From: Candidatus Fermentibacteraceae bacterium
Lineage (GTDB): Bacteria; Fermentibacterota; Fermentibacteria; Fermentibacterales; JCC-6
Assembly (NCBI GenBank): GCA_041750285.1
Contig: JBGSZS010000007.1
Location: forward strand, 96,001-160,000
DNA length: 64,000 bases
Direction of reading: 5' to 3'
A program made the position numbers and the translations under genes. The first letter of the stretch is position 1; each line of letters opens with the position of its first letter. The notes below the pieces were generated by a model. The model was not told the origin of the DNA, ran no database searches, and saw nothing but the letters and a program-made list of their open reading frames with translations. Positions 58,607-64,000 of the stretch are shown in pieces.

Positions 58607-59461
58607 ATGCGCCTTACCCTGTTCGCCCTGCTGGTTGTGATGTTCGTGCCGACGATGGTTCTCGCCCAGCCAGAGAACCCCGAAACCGGCGACAGCCTGC
58701 AGGCGGCTGAGGTGGATTCCACAGCCACACCGGATTCCGTAGTGACCACAGCGGAAGAAATCCTTCCCGACTCCACCATTGAAGCTGAACCAATCGAAGA
58801 AACACAGCCCGAGGAAGTACGGGGAGGGTTTTTCAGCGGATTCGCGAAGTTTTTCCGGGAAGGTGGCTTCGCCATGTGGGCCATCCTTCTGTTCTTCTTC
58901 GTGGGCATCGTGATCTGCATCGAGAGGGTGATGTTCCTTTTCGGAACCGCAGCCATCAAACCGGAACTCTTCATGGCCAGGATCGCCGATCTCATCCGCA
59001 AGGGCAGCATCGAGGGCGCCATTGCCGAAACAACCCGTCAGAAGGCGCCGCTTTCCAGGATCATCGAAGCAGCCCTGCGGAATTACCGAGGTACGGAAAG
59101 GGACATTCAGAACGCGGTTGACGAAATGGCCCTCGCCGAGCTGCCCAGGGTGAATGCCCGAATAAGCTACCTCGCAATGCTTGCAAACGTGTCGACAATG
59201 GTGGGGCTGCTGGGAACGATCTTCGGTCTCATCGCCGCCTTCGCTGCCGTTGCCGCAGCCGACCCCGAGCAGAAAAGCATCATGCTCGCCAACGGTATCT
59301 CCATGGCAATGAACACCACGGCGTTCGGTCTCGTGAGCGCGATACCGCTGCTCATCATCCACTCGATCCTCACTTCAAGGGCTGACAAACTGGTCGACCA
59401 GATCGACAGGTACAGCGTCATGGTCATGAACATGCTCGCAGCCTCCAGGAAGGGTGACTGA
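58607..59461 (+). CDS. MotA/TolQ/ExbB proton-channel subunit (AglR-like)
   Basis: MVGLLGTIFGLI.AF, GISMAMNTTAFGLVSAIP; ATG 58607 after GAGGAG. Confidence 0.9.
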   Translation: MRLTLFALLVVMFVPTMVLAQPENPETGDSLQAAEVDSTATPDSVVTTAEEILPDSTIEAEPIEETQPEEVRGGFFSGFAKFFREGGFAMWAILLFFFVGIVICIERVMFLFGTAAIKPELFMARIADLIRKGSIEGAIAETTRQKAPLSRIIEAALRNYRGTERDIQNAVDEMALAELPRVNARISYLAMLANVSTMVGLLGTIFGLIAAFAAVAAADPEQKSIMLANGISMAMNTTAFGLVSAIPLLIIHSILTSRADKLVDQIDRYSVMVMNMLAASRKGD

Positions 59462-60039
59462 TGGCAAAGGCCGCATCCGGAAGAAGCAGGCGGATCAGGC
59501 ACGAATCCGAACTTGACATGCTTCCGGTGATGAACCTCTTCTGCTGCATCATTCCCTTCCTCCTTCTGAGCGCCAGCTTCCTGGAGATTACGGTCATCGG
59601 GATGAGCGGCACCGAGGGTGTGACCTCCGGCGGAGCCGGGGCCACTGCAAACCTCATGCGCTCCGAGGAGGACAGGCTTCAACCCAAGATCATCATCACG
59701 GAAGAGGAGATGTTCATCGGCACCGCCGCCGGGACCATTCATGTCAGCTACTCTTTCCAGGAACAGCGTGACACGAACGACGACGGGGTATACGACACGC
59801 AGGTCACGAACTTTCACTGGGACTCGCTCGCGATGAAGGTCGAGGAGGCTCATAAGGTCCTTTCCGAGGCCTACCCCCAGATAACCTTCCGCAAGATCGT
59901 GATCCTGACCGTCGAAGAGACCCGCTATGAAAGCATCATCAAAGCAATTGACATCGCCGCTGTCGCCGGTTTTGACCAGCCCGGCCTTCAGGTTGCACCA
60001 TCCGCATCGGTCGCCAGCGCCATGGGAAGTCCGCGATGA
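59461..60039 (+). CDS. ExbD/TolR-family subunit 1 (Asn at the channel position)
   Basis: ELDMLPVMNLFCCIIPFLL TM helix; TRYESIIKAID...AGF. Confidence 0.8.
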   Translation: MAKAASGRSRRIRHESELDMLPVMNLFCCIIPFLLLSASFLEITVIGMSGTEGVTSGGAGATANLMRSEEDRLQPKIIITEEEMFIGTAAGTIHVSYSFQEQRDTNDDGVYDTQVTNFHWDSLAMKVEEAHKVLSEAYPQITFRKIVILTVEETRYESIIKAIDIAAVAGFDQPGLQVAPSASVASAMGSPR

Positions 60040-60575
60040 GCGCGCCATCCAAAAGGCGGGTTCCACTTCTGCTCGGTTCGGGGAAGTCCAAGGCCGTATC
60101 CAGGGCGGGTGACAGGAAGGCCGTACTCAACCTGACCTCCATGATCGACATGTTCACCATTCTTGTGGTCTTCCTTCTGATGAGCTACTCAGCCGAGGGC
60201 GCCCTTGTTACGATCAGCGATGCCCTCACCCTGCCCAAGGCTCATTCCGAGCAGGGTATCCAGATGAAACTCGAGATACAGGTCAACAGACAGGTCATCG
60301 TGGTCGACGGAGACCCTATCGTTGCGGTTGATGCCGCCATCCTTTCCACCGGTGGGTCGATCCCCGCCCTTGTCACCCGGCTGAAGGACCACATGGAATA
60401 CGCAAGGAACGTCCGGGGTACCATCACCGAGGAAGAGATGAAGATCAACATCCAGGGTGACCAGGAGATTCCGGCGCTTCTTCTTCAGAGGGTCATGGCA
60501 AGTTGCTCCGAAGCGGGTTTCATGAGCCAGAACCTCGCGGTCATCAAGGTGGAAGGCAACGGTGAGGAGGAATGA
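60036..60575 (+). CDS. ExbD/TolR-family subunit 2 (AglS-like)
   Basis: LNLTSMIDMFTILVVFLL with conserved Asp; IQGDQEIP...VM..CSEAGF. Confidence 0.85.
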   Translation: MSAPSKRRVPLLLGSGKSKAVSRAGDRKAVLNLTSMIDMFTILVVFLLMSYSAEGALVTISDALTLPKAHSEQGIQMKLEIQVNRQVIVVDGDPIVAVDAAILSTGGSIPALVTRLKDHMEYARNVRGTITEEEMKINIQGDQEIPALLLQRVMASCSEAGFMSQNLAVIKVEGNGEEE

Positions 60576-62437
60576 TGGCCCAGGCTGCTGAAGAAAGGAA
60601 AGTTCTTGCCATTGCCGTCATGCGTGACGGCAAGGTGGTGAACAAGATGCTTCCGGGGTCCGCTCCCGTGAGGCTGGGCTCGGGCTACAACAACAGCATC
60701 GTCGCAGAAGCTCCGGGCATTCCCGATTCGATGGAGTTCATCCGCCCCGGCACCGAGCGTGACATGTGGGAACTCCGGCTGTCCGACAGCATGGAGGCAG
60801 TGATCACTTCCGCCGACGGGTCGAAACTCAAGTTCAGCGATCTGAAGGGGCTTGGCATCTTTTCCACCGATCCGGAAGGCAATTTCGTACTGAACCTTCG
60901 CTACGGCGATCAGGGAGCGGTAAACGCCGGCCCGTTCGTGATCCATTTCGGATTCATCGTACCGCCGGCCAAACCCGTGACCGAGAAGAAGCCGGTGAGG
61001 AAGAAGGAGCCCGAGAAGCCCGTAATCGAGGAGAAGGCCGATCCCAGAAGACTGAAGATCACCGTCGAGGGACCGGACGGCCGAAAGGACATCTGGCCAA
61101 ACGCGGGCATAATGACGATTGGTGAAGCCGATTACAACACGGTTTCAGTGAAGCATGCCGGCCTTCCGAAGATCCATACCTTGCTTGAACCATCGGGCAA
61201 CCGTTACGTTCTCAACCTGCTTCCCGAGATCAAGGGCGGCGTCGAGGTAAAGGGAAGCGTCATTCCCTTCAGCACGCTCATCGAACGCAGGATGATACGA
61301 CAGGAGAAGGAAGGCGCCCCCTACATCTGGGAGTTCGACAAGAGCGTTCAGGGTGTTTTCTCCGTCAGCGGCGTCGAAGTTTTCTTCGGATTCGCCGATC
61401 CACCGCCGGAGATCATAAGACCAAAGGCCGAATCCCGCCCCGAGATCAAGGTGGAAAGGGCGAAACCTGCCGTTTACGACTGGCAGACATTCGCGACCCG
61501 TCCCCATGAGGAGACGGCTTTCGAGGAAACCACCACCGAGAACCAGAAGTTCAAGGTCATGGTCGGTGTGGGCCTTGCGATTGCCCTTCTCCTCGGGGCA
61601 GTGACCGACCGTCTCATTGTGGTGGTGAAGGAATCGAAGGCCCAGATACTCAGAAGGGCGCCCAGCGCAAGGGTTGCCTCACTGGCTGAAACCCCTCCTC
61701 CGACCGATGAGATCGGTGTCGGTGAAGAGATAATCAGCGACATGCCCTCCACCGAGGTGGCAAACGCCGGCGGCGGCGCACCCACGGAAGGGCCTTCGGG
61801 TCCCGTGGGCGCAGCGGCTGGAGCTTCCGCCGCGGAAGACGTCCTGCAGAGCATAGGTTTTGCAGCCTACGGCACCGGGGCTGCGGGAGGCGGCGCAGGG
61901 TTCATTGGCGACCTTCAAAGCGCTGCTTCCAGCGGCATCGGTCTGGCATCGGGCACAGCCGGTCAGGCTCTCGTTGCCGGCGCCGGCGGCGGAGGTTCCG
62001 GCGGTATTACCGGTCTTGTCGGTTCGGGTGGCGGTGTGGCAACCAGCGCGGAGACCGTCAGTTCAAGCCAGATGCAGGCGGTGCACCAGGCTGCGCAGGT
62101 CACGTTCACGGCCAGCGCTTCGGGTGAAGCCATCGATCTCGGCTACAGGAACATGTCCGAGATCAGACAAAGGCTGAATGTGATGAAGATGCGCATCCAG
62201 ACCGCTTACGAGGGCCTTCTCAGAAGCGACCCCAGCGCCGGCGGCAGGATCAGCATCAGTTTCGCGATCACTCCCAGCGGATCAGTTACCGCTGTCTCAG
62301 TGAGCTGCCCCGGTTCGCTCGCCAGCCTTCAGGCCACCGTAACAAGCGCGGTGAACAGCCTGAATTTCGGACCTGCGCCGGAACAGACGTCAAACCTCCC
62401 GGTAACGGTGCCTGTTAATCTGGTACCACCGCAATAG
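60572..62437 (+). CDS. GltG/AgmX/PglI-like TonB-type energy transducer
   Basis: Duplicated N-terminal beta domain, single TM helix, Gly/Ala-rich linker, C-terminal IQTAYEGLLRSDPSAGGRISISFAITPSGSV. Confidence 0.75.
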   Translation: MMAQAAEERKVLAIAVMRDGKVVNKMLPGSAPVRLGSGYNNSIVAEAPGIPDSMEFIRPGTERDMWELRLSDSMEAVITSADGSKLKFSDLKGLGIFSTDPEGNFVLNLRYGDQGAVNAGPFVIHFGFIVPPAKPVTEKKPVRKKEPEKPVIEEKADPRRLKITVEGPDGRKDIWPNAGIMTIGEADYNTVSVKHAGLPKIHTLLEPSGNRYVLNLLPEIKGGVEVKGSVIPFSTLIERRMIRQEKEGAPYIWEFDKSVQGVFSVSGVEVFFGFADPPPEIIRPKAESRPEIKVERAKPAVYDWQTFATRPHEETAFEETTTENQKFKVMVGVGLAIALLLGAVTDRLIVVVKESKAQILRRAPSARVASLAETPPPTDEIGVGEEIISDMPSTEVANAGGGAPTEGPSGPVGAAAGASAAEDVLQSIGFAAYGTGAAGGGAGFIGDLQSAASSGIGLASGTAGQALVAGAGGGGSGGITGLVGSGGGVATSAETVSSSQMQAVHQAAQVTFTASASGEAIDLGYRNMSEIRQRLNVMKMRIQTAYEGLLRSDPSAGGRISISFAITPSGSVTAVSVSCPGSLASLQATVTSAVNSLNFGPAPEQTSNLPVTVPVNLVPPQ

Positions 62438-62446
62438 CTTTGAGTT

Positions 62447-62478
62447 GATCCGGGCGGCGCTTCCGGCCCGCCCGGATC
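62447..62478 (+). terminator. Hairpin after the TPR-ExbBD-TonB operon
   Basis: GATCCGGGCGG...CCGCCCGGATC 11-bp inverted repeat. Confidence 0.55.
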
Positions 62479-62565
62479 ACCCGGACCCCGTCCTTCCCTG
62501 TCACTCCGGTAAGGGATGATCCAATAGAAAACACCAAGGCAAAAACCTACCTGGCGGACAGGAGC

Positions 62566-63750
62566 GTGGGCTGGCCGCTGCTCGGCGCAAGCCTTGCCGC
62601 CACAACGATCGGCGGAACCTCCACCGTGGTTCTGGCTGCATACGTCATGACTCACGGCCTTTCCGGGCTGTGGCTGGACATTCCGCTCGGGCTGTCCCTT
62701 CTTGTCCCGGGTTTTTTCCTGGCGGGCAGGGTCCGCGCCACTGGGGCGTTCTCCATCGCAGGGATAGCACGAAAGAAGTACGGAAGCACCTTCGGAACCA
62801 TCGCATCGGTTCTGGTCCTGATGGCCGAGCTGGCATGGTTCGCGCTCCTCACCCTTGCCGGCTCCTCACTTTTTCAGGGCATGACCGGGCTTTCCCACCC
62901 TTGTTCAATCCTTTTGGTGGCTGCTGCATTCTCCGTCTACACCATAATCGGAGGCCAGAAGGCCGTGATATTCACCGACCTCTGGCAGCTGTGCCTTGTC
63001 CTCATTTTCGGTCTTGGCATTCCCGCAGTCATGGTTGCGATTCGGGGCGTGAACCCCGAACCAGGCATGCTGTCATTTCCGACAGGACCGGGAATGGGGT
63101 GGAGGGACGCCTTTGGCCTGCTCGTAATGATGGGGCTGCCCGGGCTTGTGGGTGGCGATGTGTACGGCAGGCTGCTTTCCGCGAAGACACCCCGCGATGC
63201 CTCGCGTGCTTCGGTCATGGCCGGGCTCATCAAGCTTCTTGCCGCGGGATGCGTGGCCGTGATCGCCCTTGGTGGAAGGGGAAGCCTCGATGAAACGTTG
63301 CGTACGGTTCTTTCCCCTGTGCTTTACAACGCAGCCGTGTTCGGGATACTCATGGCCGTAATGTCCAGTGCGGACAGCGTGCTTCTCACGGGGGCGACCG
63401 TTCTCCATACCGACCTGATCCCCGGAATGAAGGCATCACCCCGTTATGCGGCAACACTCGTGGCTGTTGCGGGAACGGCCCTGGCCCTTGCGGCGGGGAA
63501 TGTGGTGGCCGTGATGCAGTGGTCCTACACGGTTTTCAGCGCCGGCGCACCGCTGCCCCTTCTGGCGGCACTTCTTCTGAAACGCACACCGCCGTCCCTC
63601 GCGGCCAACCTGTCCATTATTATCGGAGGAGGAACCGCAGCCCTGCTGAAACTGCTCGGGAATCCCGATGCGTTCCTTATCGGTCTCGGGGCTTCACTGT
63701 GCATTCTTGCATCAGGAATACTTGCAACAAGCGGCAGGAGACGATCATGA
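62566..63750 (+). CDS. Sodium:solute symporter family protein
   Basis: SLAATTIGG, GGQKAVIFTD..Q, AVMSSADS; frame is open upstream (YLADRS), so the start is uncertain. Confidence 0.8.
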   Translation: MGWPLLGASLAATTIGGTSTVVLAAYVMTHGLSGLWLDIPLGLSLLVPGFFLAGRVRATGAFSIAGIARKKYGSTFGTIASVLVLMAELAWFALLTLAGSSLFQGMTGLSHPCSILLVAAAFSVYTIIGGQKAVIFTDLWQLCLVLIFGLGIPAVMVAIRGVNPEPGMLSFPTGPGMGWRDAFGLLVMMGLPGLVGGDVYGRLLSAKTPRDASRASVMAGLIKLLAAGCVAVIALGGRGSLDETLRTVLSPVLYNAAVFGILMAVMSSADSVLLTGATVLHTDLIPGMKASPRYAATLVAVAGTALALAAGNVVAVMQWSYTVFSAGAPLPLLAALLLKRTPPSLAANLSIIIGGGTAALLKLLGNPDAFLIGLGASLCILASGILATSGRRRS

Positions 63751-64000
63751 AGAGAATTCTGTTGACCGGAACGTTTGTTCTGCTTTTGTGTTCATGCGGG
63801 AACCCAGGGCCTGTGGCTCAGGCAGATGTGGAGGGGGTATGGAAGGGTGGGCTGACGGTAGCCGGCAACACCCTTGATGTAACGGTTCAACTCTCGCAGT
63901 CTGACAGCGCTTTCTCGGGGAGCATCGAGATACCGGTTCAGAACGCAAGGGGGCTCGAACTGGCAGACCTCGACGTCCGTGGTGACAGCGTGTTCTTCTC
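63747..64000 (+). CDS. Lipoprotein, 5' part only (runs off the window)
   Basis: ATG 63747 after AGGAG; MKRILLTGTFVLLLCSC lipobox; EGVWKGGL...IEIPVQ. Confidence 0.6.
   Translation, partial: MKRILLTGTFVLLLCSCGNPGPVAQADVEGVWKGGLTVAGNTLDVTVQLSQSDSAFSGSIEIPVQNARGLELADLDVRGDSVFF

Overview
A gene-dense, GC-rich (roughly 60% by eye) bacterial chromosomal window with about 55 protein genes and one tRNA-Arg(CCT). Proteins ending in 'PNP...GxY' C-terminal sorting/Ig domains, many lipoproteins and an Mla system point to a diderm organism of the FCB group (possibly Ca. Fermentibacteria; this is inference only). Housekeeping and metabolic genes: arsC, hemW, cutC, htpG, mpg, tldD/tldE, tkt, ftcD, a HutH-like lyase, thyX, two NitT/TauT-type ABC importers and an MlaEFD-PqiC cassette. 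Features the ORF track hides or splits: (1) a secreted Omp28-like protein read through an in-frame TGA in a UxxC motif with a SECIS-like hairpin, a probable selenoprotein (4151-5155); (2) a 9.6-kb operon resembling the ancestral Agl-Glt motor core (outer-membrane protein, giant TPR protein, GltF-like, ExbB, two ExbD, GltG/AgmX-like; 52793-62437); (3) an MNT-HEPN toxin-antitoxin islet next to the tRNA, bounded by a degenerate copy of the tRNA 3' end plus terminator; (4) two B12-dependent radical SAM genes flanking a lipid acyltransferase, divergent from a geranylgeranyl-reductase-family gene; (5) an ammonia-lyase with Ala-Cys-Gly instead of Ala-Ser-Gly at the MIO site; (6) a secreted repeat protein interrupted by an in-frame TAG; (7) a structured ~160-nt RNA candidate; (8) two small proteins below the ORF-track cutoff. 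No CRISPR array, rRNA, integrase or transposase was seen. All calls are from motif recognition by eye; no database search was run.
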